A stretch of DNA of 64,000 bases from an uncultured Geobacteraceae bacterium (GTDB lineage Bacteria; Desulfobacterota; Desulfuromonadia; Geobacterales; Pseudopelobacteraceae), in contig CAIQWT010000050.1 of assembly GCA_903875605.1 (NCBI GenBank), positions 34,494 through 98,493 on the forward strand, given 5' to 3'. Below are positions 36,417 through 45,442 of the stretch, one piece after another (the first letter of the stretch is position 1; each line of letters opens with the position of its first letter). The notes beneath the pieces are model-generated. The model was not told the origin of the DNA and searched no databases. It saw only the letters and a program-made list of their open reading frames with translations. The position numbers and the translations under genes were made by a program.

Positions 36417-37523
36417 TTACAGCCTGGATGGAAGCGGCGGCGGTATTTCAAAAAGTACTTTTAGATCATCCTGCCGGATGGCCTCTTCCCAGTTTATGAG
36501 GCTCTGTTTCCAGACCAGTGTTTCGCCTGTCATACGTCCTGACTCTACTAGTTGCTGTAAAACGGCAAAAGTATGCGGCCCGCTCTGCTGTCCATCAATG
36601 GCAACATAAAAAAGACCCGGTGAGGGTAATGGTGGCGGGGTTGATGTAACACCAGTCTGGGTTGTTATGCCTGCCAGAGATGAAGCAACCTGCCCGGCCA
36701 TACTAAGCCCCAGGCCCACTCCAGCGCCTGCTGCTGCAAGTCCACCCGGATTGTTAGCCGCATCACGAATGGCGCTGGCCGTTTCATAGCTGGTATATGA
36801 TTGCATATTTCCGATAATCCGCATGGCGCCAGCTTTGTCAATGGCCTTTTCGACCTCTTCCGGCAAACCTATATCCTGTACCAGCACCTCAATTAAATCC
36901 AGGCCCAACTTTACAAATGCAGGAACAATTTTATCTTTAAGTGCCTCACCCAACTGAATCACCTTACTTTCGAGATCCAGGATCATAATGCCGGCCTCCG
37001 GCATGACTTCCTTTATACGGGTGCCGATTTTTCCGCGTAGATTATCCTCAATAGAACCGGCAGTAAAAGTGCCGTCGGTACCGACAATTTCGCGAATAAA
37101 CAGTACCGGGTCCTTAATTTTGATTGAATACAGCCCGAAAGCCGTGACCCTCACCGCTCCGAACTCTGGATCTCTCATTGTGCACGGCCCGAATGTACCC
37201 CACTTCAAATTAGTAAACTGACGGGTACTGCAAAAATATATTTCAGCCTTGAATGGGCTTTCAAATCCATATTTCCAGCCCTGTAATGTTGCCAGAACCG
37301 GAAGGTTGGCTGTTTCAAGAGTATAGGTGCCGGGTTTGAAAACATCCGCAAGTATTCCCTCGTTTAAAAAAACTGCAACTTGCCCCTCTCTTACTATCAG
37401 TGAGGCGTGGTGCTTTATCTCGTTGTTATAACGTTCAAATCGTTTTACAAGCGTATCACCGGAATCATCAAGCCATTGAATGATATCCAGCAGTTCACCT
37501 TTCATTTTATCAATTAGGCCCAT
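36417..37523 (-). CDS. SPFH/Band-7 domain protein with a C-terminal GYF_2-like domain
   Basis: The N-terminus MGLIDKMKGELLDIIQW...REGQVAVF is typical of the COG4260-type SPFH family. An Ala/Gly-rich linker follows. The C-terminal FYVAIDGQQSGPHTF..LQQLV.SGRMTGETLVWKQSLINWEEA resembles a GYF_2 domain. Confidence 0.65.
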   Translation of the reverse strand: MGLIDKMKGELLDIIQWLDDSGDTLVKRFERYNNEIKHHASLIVREGQVAVFLNEGILADVFKPGTYTLETANLPVLATLQGWKYGFESPFKAEIYFCSTRQFTNLKWGTFGPCTMRDPEFGAVRVTAFGLYSIKIKDPVLFIREIVGTDGTFTAGSIEDNLRGKIGTRIKEVMPEAGIMILDLESKVIQLGEALKDKIVPAFVKLGLDLIEVLVQDIGLPEEVEKAIDKAGAMRIIGNMQSYTSYETASAIRDAANNPGGLAAAGAGVGLGLSMAGQVASSLAGITTQTGVTSTPPPLPSPGLFYVAIDGQQSGPHTFAVLQQLVESGRMTGETLVWKQSLINWEEAIRQDDLKVLFEIPPPLPSRL

Positions 37524-37652
37524 GTGTATCTCCCTGAATAAAAAGATGTATTACTGTTAGATGGTGGATAGTTGGCTAAATTATAGCAAGTTATTGAAGG
37601 ATGCAAGAAATGCTGATAGAAACTAATAATTTTGTATTGTTCCAGCAAACGG

Positions 37653-37681
37653 TTGACCGACCTGCGCAAATTGTCTAGTAT
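37653..37681 (+). promoter_or_regulatory. Candidate sigma70 promoter of the ParA-like gene
   Basis: TTGACC-N17-TAGTAT, about 60 nt upstream of the ATG at 37740. Confidence 0.5.
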
Positions 37682-37739
37682 CCTCACCCGGTCCGAAGTA
37701 GATAATTATAATTCTAATTGATGGTGGTAACCAACCCTA

Positions 37740-39149
37740 ATGCACGCTTATCCTTATACCATAACAATCTCTTCTGAAAAAGGCGGAGTCGGCAAGACAA
37801 CTCTCGCTACAAATCTGGCAATATATCTGAAAGCGATGCGTGAGGATCTTCCTGTTACAATATTCTCTTTTGATAACCACTTCACAATCGATAAAATGTT
37901 CGAACTGCAGAAACGAGACGATGACAATCACGATGTTCACGCTCTTTTGATGGGTGCAAAAGCCAGTGAGGTAGTTCTGACCGGCCAGTACGGTGTCGGC
38001 TATATTCGCTCTTCAACAGAGTTAGGCGATATCCATGAACGTTTCAAAGGGCCGATGACTCTAACGCGGATGTTGGCTGAATCAGGTATCTCCGGTATCG
38101 TCATTATAGATACAAGGCCGGATCTTAATATCCTGACCCAAAATGCTCTTTATGCCGCCGATAGAGTACTTATTCCGGTAAAAGATCTGCCGAGTCTTGA
38201 GAACTGCAAGAATATCTTCGCGCTGTTCGATCAACGCGGCATAGACAAAAAATCACTGGCTCTGATTCCCTGCCTGATCGATTCACGTATCAAGTTTGAG
38301 GGCATTTTTAAGGATCAAAAGACTCTACTGCGAGCAATAGCTGTAAATCGTGGTTACCGATGCCTTGATTCATTTATTTCAAAAAGCCCGAAAGTTGAAA
38401 GCCTGAATACTAATCCCGATGGTAAAATTTATCCGATACTAACTCACGCCCGTGGCACCGAAGTCCATAGTCAGTTTATGGAGATTACCCGGGACATTCT
38501 CAGAAGTGTTGACACTACCGGAGAAACCAGAGCGTGCCTGTATCATACCTGGCTTATGGAAAAAGAGGCCGGTAAAAAGGAGTCGTATCTGGCACGACTT
38601 GAAGGGTTGGCAGACCGCTGCCTTATTTGTGGTGCTCTACTCGCTGAAGCTCCGGACGATCGCAGCTTTTATTTTGAAACTTCCGATCGCTCGACCCGTG
38701 GTTTCCTGCATGGTGCTTGTGTCAGTAACATGCTCTGTTCGACGCTTTATAGTCTCCAGGAAAACGATCCGACTTTTAATACTGCACGGGCGCTTGTTGC
38801 TGATAAGGTCTCCAGAGCCGTATCATTTCTATTGCCTCGTATAGGTTTTGAAGCATCTCGGCTTGATTATAGACAATTCAGTATGACTGGTGAACTGCTG
38901 CTTCAGAAACATATAGAAATTCCTGGTTTTGACGCTGGAGAATTTAACGGCGTTCACGACAGGCTGTTTTTGCTGTTAAATGAGGCTTTAGCTGGATTTG
39001 AGGGCGCGTTGAGGAAAGAAAGCTGGTTATCAATATATCCGGTTGATCCGGATAAACCAGAGTCCGTTTTACATGAAGAGTCTTACAAAACTATCCACCG
39101 TTTACAAAAACATTTTGCTGATGAGGTCAAATTACTGAACAAGTTGTGA
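37740..39149 (+). CDS. ParA/MinD-like P-loop ATPase fused to an uncharacterised C-terminal domain of about 220 aa
   Basis: Deviant Walker A SSEKGGVGKTTLATNLA and Walker B-like IVIIDTRPD. The C-terminal half has no motif I recognise except a possible CCHC site (CLIC...26 aa...HGAC). Confidence 0.7.
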   Translation: MHAYPYTITISSEKGGVGKTTLATNLAIYLKAMREDLPVTIFSFDNHFTIDKMFELQKRDDDNHDVHALLMGAKASEVVLTGQYGVGYIRSSTELGDIHERFKGPMTLTRMLAESGISGIVIIDTRPDLNILTQNALYAADRVLIPVKDLPSLENCKNIFALFDQRGIDKKSLALIPCLIDSRIKFEGIFKDQKTLLRAIAVNRGYRCLDSFISKSPKVESLNTNPDGKIYPILTHARGTEVHSQFMEITRDILRSVDTTGETRACLYHTWLMEKEAGKKESYLARLEGLADRCLICGALLAEAPDDRSFYFETSDRSTRGFLHGACVSNMLCSTLYSLQENDPTFNTARALVADKVSRAVSFLLPRIGFEASRLDYRQFSMTGELLLQKHIEIPGFDAGEFNGVHDRLFLLLNEALAGFEGALRKESWLSIYPVDPDKPESVLHEESYKTIHRLQKHFADEVKLLNKL

Positions 39150-40103
39150 CACAGGAACCAGATGTATTCCTTTGCCGGCAAGAGTTGGAAGAGCCGCTGT
39201 AAGGGCAGCAATAGTAGCCGGATGTGGGTGGCAAATTGCAATTGCAGAACCTTTTTTTCTGGCCAGAGTGATAGCCTGATTGAGCTGCCCAATAATATAT
39301 GTTCGCTCCAGTTCGTTATCAAGAAAGACGTTCCGTCGTGCAGTTCGGACTCCCAATTGCCTGGCAACCCTCAAACCCGCACTCTCCGGTGAAGTAACAC
39401 TATCTATAAAAAACAGATCATTTTTTTTTAGTAATTGCAGTACTACGGACATTTTTTCATCTTGTTCGGTAAACTCCGAACCCATGTGATTATTAATTCC
39501 AACCGCTCCTGGAAACTGTTCTAAAAAACAGTTCACCCTCCCCTGCAACTCGGCGGCATCCATAGACACTAACAACCCGTTTGATTCAAGCCGGCGAGCC
39601 GGCCACCCCTTGGACTGCATAGGGATGTGTATCATTGTTTCAATCTTATTGCCGGCTGCAAATGCCGCGACACCTTTGTCGTTACGCAGGCCTGGAATTA
39701 TAGCAAACGTCAGCGGGACTTTGATTGCCGCCAATGAATGTGCTTCCGATAAATTGCTACCCATATCATCTATAATAATTGCCAAGCGAGCGGAGTCGCC
39801 TCTTCCAGTGTCGGGCACATTATTATCGGGAAAAGCTGTTGCGGGTGGGTACTCATTCTGCTTCTTTTGAACGGACGGAGGAATAATAGGGAGCGGTTGA
39901 ACGGAATTCTGAGGAATGGAATTATCAGGCACTATCGGCATTACGTGTGAAGGTTTAGCTTTTTGTAGGGTAATAGTTTTTCTGGATGGAGAAAACATGA
40001 AATAGCCGGCGGCTATTGCTAAGATCAAAAAAAGAATCACCCACGCAGCTACGGAAGAGCCGGTAGTTTTCTTTCGGAATTTATTTTTAGAAGGAACTGC
40101 CAT
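39132..40103 (-). CDS. yibQ: Divergent polysaccharide deacetylase family protein (YibQ-like)
   Basis: N-terminal TM helix, then LAIIIDDMG, FAIIPG and NNHMGS, typical of the YibQ/DUF610 family. Confidence 0.7.
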   Translation of the reverse strand: MAVPSKNKFRKKTTGSSVAAWVILFLILAIAAGYFMFSPSRKTITLQKAKPSHVMPIVPDNSIPQNSVQPLPIIPPSVQKKQNEYPPATAFPDNNVPDTGRGDSARLAIIIDDMGSNLSEAHSLAAIKVPLTFAIIPGLRNDKGVAAFAAGNKIETMIHIPMQSKGWPARRLESNGLLVSMDAAELQGRVNCFLEQFPGAVGINNHMGSEFTEQDEKMSVVLQLLKKNDLFFIDSVTSPESAGLRVARQLGVRTARRNVFLDNELERTYIIGQLNQAITLARKKGSAIAICHPHPATIAALTAALPTLAGKGIHLVPVSQLVQ

Positions 40104-40159
40104 TAGGTACCGATATTATATTGTCAGGGCAGGAAAACAGCTATATGGCGGAAACAATA

Positions 40160-40195
40160 CCACCCTTCACCTACATTTCTGCAAGTGAAGGGTGG
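40160..40195 (-). terminator. Possible terminator hairpin after ctpA
   Basis: An 11-bp stem CCACCCTTCAC/GTGAAGGGTGG with a 14-nt loop. The T-tract is weak (TATTGTTTCC). Confidence 0.35.
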
Positions 40196-40206
40196 ACTAA
40201 AAAACA

Positions 40207-41592
40207 TTACTTATCGCTACCCATCGACTTGATCAACTCCCATCCTTTAAGAAGATCAAGCGCTCTCAACACTTGATAATCGGCTTTCAGGTTGTCTTCA
40301 AGCTTTGATGGTACTTTTTCGGTTTTATCATCTTTCTTATCGTCTTTTTTATCGCCCTTTTTCTCATCTTTTTTCGCATCGCCAGTAGCGCTTTTTTCCT
40401 CGGTTTCAAAATGGTTTTCGAGATCTTTTTCACGTAGATGCAGAGAATCTTTTTTTGCCGTAGTTTTCGGCAATTCAACAGCTTCAACCACAATATCAGG
40501 TGTTATCCCTTTAGCCTGGATTGATCGCCCCTTTGGAGTATAGTAGCGGGCGGTAGTTAACCTGAGGCCGGAATCGTCTGATAGAGGAATAATAGTCTGT
40601 ACCGACCCCTTACCAAAGCTCTGTGTTCCCAGGATGATAGCACGTTTATGATCCTGCAGTGCTCCGGCAACGATCTCAGACGCACTGGCACTGCCGCCGT
40701 TAATTAATACTACGATCGGATAATTCGCCTCTTTGCCGCCTTTTTTTGCGGTAAATTGCATCTTGGAATCTTTTTCACGCCCTTCGGTATAAACAATCAT
40801 CTGTCCATCAGGAACAAAATGATCAGCTACTCTGACCGCCTGATCAAGCAACCCGCCGGGATCATTACGCATATCAATAACAAGACCTTTCAGTTCACTC
40901 TTTAACTCTTCCTTCATGGCTTTAAGCGCTTTCGCCAGATCTTCGTCGGTTTTCTCCTGGAACTGGGCAATGCGCACATAGCCGTAGCCACCATCCATTA
41001 GATTGAATTTAACGCTCTTTACCTGAATAACATCACGAACAAGTGGAAACTCCTTAGGTTTTTCGAAGCCATCACGCATAATGGTCAGGATTACTTTAGT
41101 ACCTTTCTGGCCACGCATACGTTTAACAGCATCATTGATATTCAAATCTTTGGTAAATTTATCATCAATTTTAAGAATCATATCCCCTGATTTAATTCCT
41201 GCTTTAAATGCAGGAGTATCCTCAATCGGAGAAATAACGGTCAGAACATTTTCCTTGATTGAAATTTCAATTCCAAGGCCGCCAAATGCTCCCTTAGTAT
41301 CAATTTTCATCTCTTTATAGGTATCAGGAGGCATAAAAGAGCTGTGTGGATCGAGTGATGAAAGCATGCCGTTTATTGCACCGTAAACCAGTTTTTTTGT
41401 GTCAACATCTTCAACGTAGCTTTTCTTTATGATGGCCATGACATCAGTGAAAAGTTCTATTGATTCGTAATCACTTCCCTTCCCTTCAGCCGAACTATGT
41501 CTCTGTGAGCTGATTATAAAGATAGACAGAAATGCCACAATAACTGCGAAACCGGCGATCATTCTTGTTTTTTTGCTGCCAGGTACACTCAT
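40207..41592 (-). CDS. ctpA: Carboxy-terminal processing protease (S41) with a PDZ domain and a Lys/Asp-rich tail
   Basis: PDZ motif (GIKSGDMILKIDD), catalytic region GGSASASEIVAGALQD and SFGKGSVQ. The tail is KKDEKKGDKKDDKKDDK. Confidence 0.85.
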   Translation of the reverse strand: MSVPGSKKTRMIAGFAVIVAFLSIFIISSQRHSSAEGKGSDYESIELFTDVMAIIKKSYVEDVDTKKLVYGAINGMLSSLDPHSSFMPPDTYKEMKIDTKGAFGGLGIEISIKENVLTVISPIEDTPAFKAGIKSGDMILKIDDKFTKDLNINDAVKRMRGQKGTKVILTIMRDGFEKPKEFPLVRDVIQVKSVKFNLMDGGYGYVRIAQFQEKTDEDLAKALKAMKEELKSELKGLVIDMRNDPGGLLDQAVRVADHFVPDGQMIVYTEGREKDSKMQFTAKKGGKEANYPIVVLINGGSASASEIVAGALQDHKRAIILGTQSFGKGSVQTIIPLSDDSGLRLTTARYYTPKGRSIQAKGITPDIVVEAVELPKTTAKKDSLHLREKDLENHFETEEKSATGDAKKDEKKGDKKDDKKDDKTEKVPSKLEDNLKADYQVLRALDLLKGWELIKSMGSDK

Positions 41593-41627
41593 TTGATTCC
41601 TCCAGATATATTGATGCTACATGTTAT

Positions 41628-42812
41628 TTATCGAACCCATCCTGCTGGATCAACCGGCTTGCCTTGATGGCGTATTTCAAAATATACTATTGGTCCTTTG
41701 CTTGAGTCAACATCTCCCACCGAACCAATTGTTTCATGCTTGGAAACTTCAGCCCCGACTTTTTTAGTTAACCGCGACGCGTGAGCATACAGACTGAAAT
41801 ACCCTCCGCCATGATCAACCACGATCATATTACCAAAACCTTTGAAATAATCGGCAAAAATAACAGTGCCTTCATAGATGGTCTTTATTTCAGTTCCGGC
41901 AGCTGCAGAAATTGATAAGCCTTTACTAAAGGTAAACGAATTAAAATCAGGATGCTTATGTTTTCCATAAGACTCGACTATTTCGCCACGAACAGGAAGT
42001 GACATTCTACCTTTTTGTGAACTAAAACCACGATCCGGTACCGGAGGCAATTCGATAAGCGGTTTTTGTCGGGTACCTGGTTTTTCATGGCGAGAAGAAA
42101 GTTTACGACGACTTAGCGCCTCTAACCGTGTAATCATCGACTGAAGCCGCCCGGCATTTGCCTGTAATTCCTTCAGAGAAGTTTCATAACTCTTGCGGTC
42201 TTGACGCACCTTGCCGAGATAGGCTGACTTCTTGCTTTTTTCCACTTCTATTTCACGTTTTTTTTGCTCGATACCGGTCATGATGTGCTCTTTTTTAAGA
42301 GCATCTCGTTCCAGATCCTTTTTAAGGTTTTTCAGTTGTTCAATTTTCTGGTTATATTCGACAAAAATCCGTTTGTCATTATCAAGAATAGATCTCATGT
42401 AACGGATATTTTCCGCAAGCTGCGGAAAAGACTCTGCAGAAAAGAACATCCGCAGCGCTCCGAGCTCTCCGGCTTTATATAATGAAGAGAGGCGCCGTTC
42501 AATTTCCAATCTCTTACGATTTGCTTCTTCCGTAACTTTTTGTATTTCACGACCGGTACGGTCGAGGCTTGATTCAACAAGCTGCAGATCCCGCCCCATT
42601 TTTCCCAAGTCAGAAACCTTTTGGTCAAGATTGCGCAGGATGCCCTGAAGCTCAGTTGAGATAACCGCTTCAACCTTGCGGGTTTTGGTAATGAGCTGTT
42701 TTTGAGCCTTTATATCACGTTTTACTCCACTCAACTCATCTTTTGGGGTCTGTGCCAACGCGACTGCGGCGACGACTACCAATAGTGTAACTATTCCTGA
42801 CGTCAGTTTCAT
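41628..42812 (-). CDS. envC: Murein hydrolase activator EnvC-like (coiled coil plus M23/LytM domain)
   Basis: Signal peptide, a long coiled coil, and a C-terminal M23 domain (VDHGGGYFSLYAH). Confidence 0.8.
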   Translation of the reverse strand: MKLTSGIVTLLVVVAAVALAQTPKDELSGVKRDIKAQKQLITKTRKVEAVISTELQGILRNLDQKVSDLGKMGRDLQLVESSLDRTGREIQKVTEEANRKRLEIERRLSSLYKAGELGALRMFFSAESFPQLAENIRYMRSILDNDKRIFVEYNQKIEQLKNLKKDLERDALKKEHIMTGIEQKKREIEVEKSKKSAYLGKVRQDRKSYETSLKELQANAGRLQSMITRLEALSRRKLSSRHEKPGTRQKPLIELPPVPDRGFSSQKGRMSLPVRGEIVESYGKHKHPDFNSFTFSKGLSISAAAGTEIKTIYEGTVIFADYFKGFGNMIVVDHGGGYFSLYAHASRLTKKVGAEVSKHETIGSVGDVDSSKGPIVYFEIRHQGKPVDPAGWVR

Positions 42813-42815
42813 CAG

Positions 42816-43784
42816 TTATACGGTAATAAAGCGCTTTAGTGAAGTCAGGCTCCCGATGAAACCGAGCATGGCACCGGCCAGCAGTAGACCGCCAATGTAT
42901 TCAAGCGGGAGAAAACTTAAACCGGAAGCGGTGGGATTAAAGGTAAGAAAACCGCCGGCATTATGGAGAAAGCCTTCATACAGACCGAAAAGCAGAATGA
43001 CGGCAATGCTTGATCCAGCCGTTCCCTGTATCAATCCTTCCAAAAGAAACGGAGCCTTAATGAAAAAAGGGGTTGCCCCGACAAGTGACATAACTTCCAA
43101 TTCGTCTCTACGGGAGTAAATAGTAAGCTTTATCGTATTTGAAACAATGAAAACAACAGCCATCACCAGAAAGCCGCCCAGCAGACCGCCAATAAGGCGC
43201 ATAAAGTTCAAAAATGAATTAAAGCGCCTCACCCACTCTTCGCCGTACTGAACCTCGGTAATTCCAGGAATTCGCTTTAAAGCGGAGACAAAACTCTCAA
43301 CTGAAGCGGTCTCACGATGGGAACGCTTCAGAGCAATCTCGAAAGAAGTCGGAAGCACTTCCGACCTAACCCCCTCAAGAAGTGTTTCCTGCCCTCGCAG
43401 GCGACTCTTAAAGCGCTTCAAGGCTTCATCGCGCGCTACATAACTTACACGTGACACACCGGACAGTGCGGATATTTTTTCACGAAGGGTATTCTGTTCC
43501 AGAAGTGTCAGCTCCTTATCGAAATAAACAGTTACCTGCACCCGTTCACTCCAATTATCAGCAGCACTTTCTAAATTCACAAATATAAGCAGAAACAGGG
43601 ACACTATAAGCAGCGCTAGCGTGATCGTTCCAACAGTTACGACGTTTACAAAAACATTCTGACGAATATTGGTTACAGCACGAGAAAGAAAGAACCCCGC
43701 TCTACCGCCCATGCCATAACCTGCAAGCGTCGGACGCTTAAAAGGTTTGATCGTTGTCGGTTGTTTCTTTTTCCACTTGTTCAA
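42816..43784 (-). CDS. ftsX: Cell-division ABC permease FtsX
   Basis: Four-TM FtsX topology with a periplasmic loop. A TTG start at 43784 has SD AGGGGA and overlaps the ftsE 3' end; an alternative ATG lies at 43712. Confidence 0.8.
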   Translation of the reverse strand: MNKWKKKQPTTIKPFKRPTLAGYGMGGRAGFFLSRAVTNIRQNVFVNVVTVGTITLALLIVSLFLLIFVNLESAADNWSERVQVTVYFDKELTLLEQNTLREKISALSGVSRVSYVARDEALKRFKSRLRGQETLLEGVRSEVLPTSFEIALKRSHRETASVESFVSALKRIPGITEVQYGEEWVRRFNSFLNFMRLIGGLLGGFLVMAVVFIVSNTIKLTIYSRRDELEVMSLVGATPFFIKAPFLLEGLIQGTAGSSIAVILLFGLYEGFLHNAGGFLTFNPTASGLSFLPLEYIGGLLLAGAMLGFIGSLTSLKRFITV

Positions 43785-44430
43785 CGATTTCCCCTTTAAC
43801 CAACGTGATAAGGCGCTTGTGACTCTGATCGATCAGGCGACGATCGTGCGTCGCGACTATTACCGTTGTGCCGCGAATGTTTGCTTCTTTAAAAATATTG
43901 AGAATCTGATTTTTATTTGCATCATCCAGGTTTCCGGTCGGTTCGTCAGCCAGAAGGATCTTCGGATCATTTACTAAAGCGCGCGCGAGCGCAACACGCT
44001 GCTGTTCGCCACCGGAAAGACGTTGAGTAGTAAGGTTATATTTTGACTCAATACCCATCTGCTTGAGAATATGCATGGTTTTCTTGCCGATATCAGTTCT
44101 TCCCCACCCTAGCACTTCCAGTGTGATGGCAACATTTTCGAAAACCGTACGATTGTGCAGCAGCTTGAAATCCTGAAAAACCACTCCAACAGAACGACGT
44201 AGTAACGGAATCTGGGCAGGTGTCATACGGGTAACATTTTGACCGTCAATCAATACCTGTCCACGACTTGGAGTGAGCGCACCGTAAAGCAAGCGGAGCA
44301 GCGTAGTTTTTCCAGCACCTGAAGGGCCGGTCAGAAAGACAAACTCTCCCTTGCCAATGTTAAGATTTATATTGTTAAGAGCCGAAGCATCCTGCTGGTA
44401 GGCGAGAGATACGTTATGAAGTTGGATCAT
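43738..44430 (-). CDS. ftsE: Cell-division ABC ATPase FtsE
   Basis: Walker [10 protein letters not shown], signature LSGGEQQR, Walker B ILLADEPT. Confidence 0.9.
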   Translation of the reverse strand: MIQLHNVSLAYQQDASALNNINLNIGKGEFVFLTGPSGAGKTTLLRLLYGALTPSRGQVLIDGQNVTRMTPAQIPLLRRSVGVVFQDFKLLHNRTVFENVAITLEVLGWGRTDIGKKTMHILKQMGIESKYNLTTQRLSGGEQQRVALARALVNDPKILLADEPTGNLDDANKNQILNIFKEANIRGTTVIVATHDRRLIDQSHKRLITLVKGEIVEQVEKETTDNDQTF

Positions 44431-44433
44431 AGT

Positions 44434-44958
44434 TTACCACTCATTATAGGCTGTTCCATAAGAACTAATACGGTCAGAGCCACTATGAACGTCATATACG
44501 TTGCCTGACGAGGTTGTACTGCCGCCTCCGCCTGACGACGAAGATGATCCCGTTGAGGCTAGAGTCGGCTCGGGGGGGGGAGCTACAACTACCCAAGAAT
44601 CCGTTGTCCCGGTAAAAGGATCTTTAGGAATTTCACGCATGTACTTTTTTTCTTTTAATTCAGTAATAGAATCCGGGTATTTTCCTTGATCGGCATGAAA
44701 TTGGTCGATAACCGATCTAAAGTTATACAGGTCTTCACGCAAAACAGCTTCCCTTGCTTTTATGAGACCCCACTGGTAGTTAGGTACAGCAATAGCGGCA
44801 AGAATACCGATAATAGAAACAACAATCATCAGCTCAATAAGCGTAAAACCTCGTTGACTCGATTTCCGTTCCCCTATTAAAAGTAGAGCCTGTGAAGTCT
44901 GAATCAATGTATTACCAATCACTATATTTTGTTTTACCATCAAATGAAATTCCTTCAC
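44434..44958 (-). CDS. gspG: GspG-like major pseudopilin with a Ser/Gly-rich insertion
   Basis: Prepilin signal QRG|FTLIELMIVVSIIGILAAIAVPNY (Glu at +5) and a T2SS-G-like core (YP.S..EL......IPKDPF). The tract APPPEPTLASTGSSSSSGGGGSTTSSG follows, and the protein ends YNEW. The start is uncertain (ATG at 44958 or 44940, or TTG at 44910). Confidence 0.8.
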   Translation of the reverse strand: MKEFHLMVKQNIVIGNTLIQTSQALLLIGERKSSQRGFTLIELMIVVSIIGILAAIAVPNYQWGLIKAREAVLREDLYNFRSVIDQFHADQGKYPDSITELKEKKYMREIPKDPFTGTTDSWVVVAPPPEPTLASTGSSSSSGGGGSTTSSGNVYDVHSGSDRISSYGTAYNEW

Positions 44959-45442
44959 TCATCGAGTAAACATCAAAAACATCATCTTTACACCAGATGT
45001 TTGAATCGGGTTTGTCTTTAGCACAACGCAAATTCCACCCCCAGGACTCATCGCTTTCGCTTTCAGGTGGGTGGAATGGATCATATATTTTGCGACGTAA
45101 AAAAGGCTTTATTGTGGGTTTAACATCACCGAATTCATGCTCTTTTTTTAGCAGTTCATCCAAGTTCTTTGGATAACCCGTTCGGTTACTAACGTTCCCG
45201 GCCGTTCCGGCCTTGCCAATCGGGCTTGTATCATAGGTCTTTTTGTAATCATCAATCGCCGCCCGGATAGTTCGCAGGTTTCTACGTAATTCAATTTCTT
45301 TTGTACGTTGCGCAGACATGCGATTTAGCGGTATAACCCCCGCTGCCAGAATACCAAGAATAGTCATGGTCACGACCAGCTCAATAAGCGAAAGCCCTTT
45401 GCCACACTTTAGCAAACCGGGTATATCACCTCTGCTCGTCAT
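44912..45442 (-). CDS. Pseudopilin (GspG-like paralog)
   Basis: Start MTSRGDIPGLLKCGKG|LSLIELVVTMTILGILAAG shares one nucleotide with the upstream stop (TAATG). Glu at +5, a Cys pair (CAKDKPDSNIWC), and the protein ends YSDW. Confidence 0.75.
   Translation of the reverse strand: MTSRGDIPGLLKCGKGLSLIELVVTMTILGILAAGVIPLNRMSAQRTKEIELRRNLRTIRAAIDDYKKTYDTSPIGKAGTAGNVSNRTGYPKNLDELLKKEHEFGDVKPTIKPFLRRKIYDPFHPPESESDESWGWNLRCAKDKPDSNIWCKDDVFDVYSMSEGISFDGKTKYSDW

Noticed and set aside
39132-39149. An 18-nt convergent overlap between the 3' ends of the ParA-like gene and yibQ, considered as a possible antisense regulatory arrangement.
   Set aside because: Short convergent overlaps are common in compact genomes. 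There is no extra structure or conservation evidence available from the sequence alone.
20772-39149. A possible functional pairing of the ParA-like ATPase (37740) with the faintly ParB-like 145-aa protein (20772).
   Set aside because: The genes are 17 kb apart, on opposite strands and in unrelated operon contexts. The ParB-like resemblance is itself weak.
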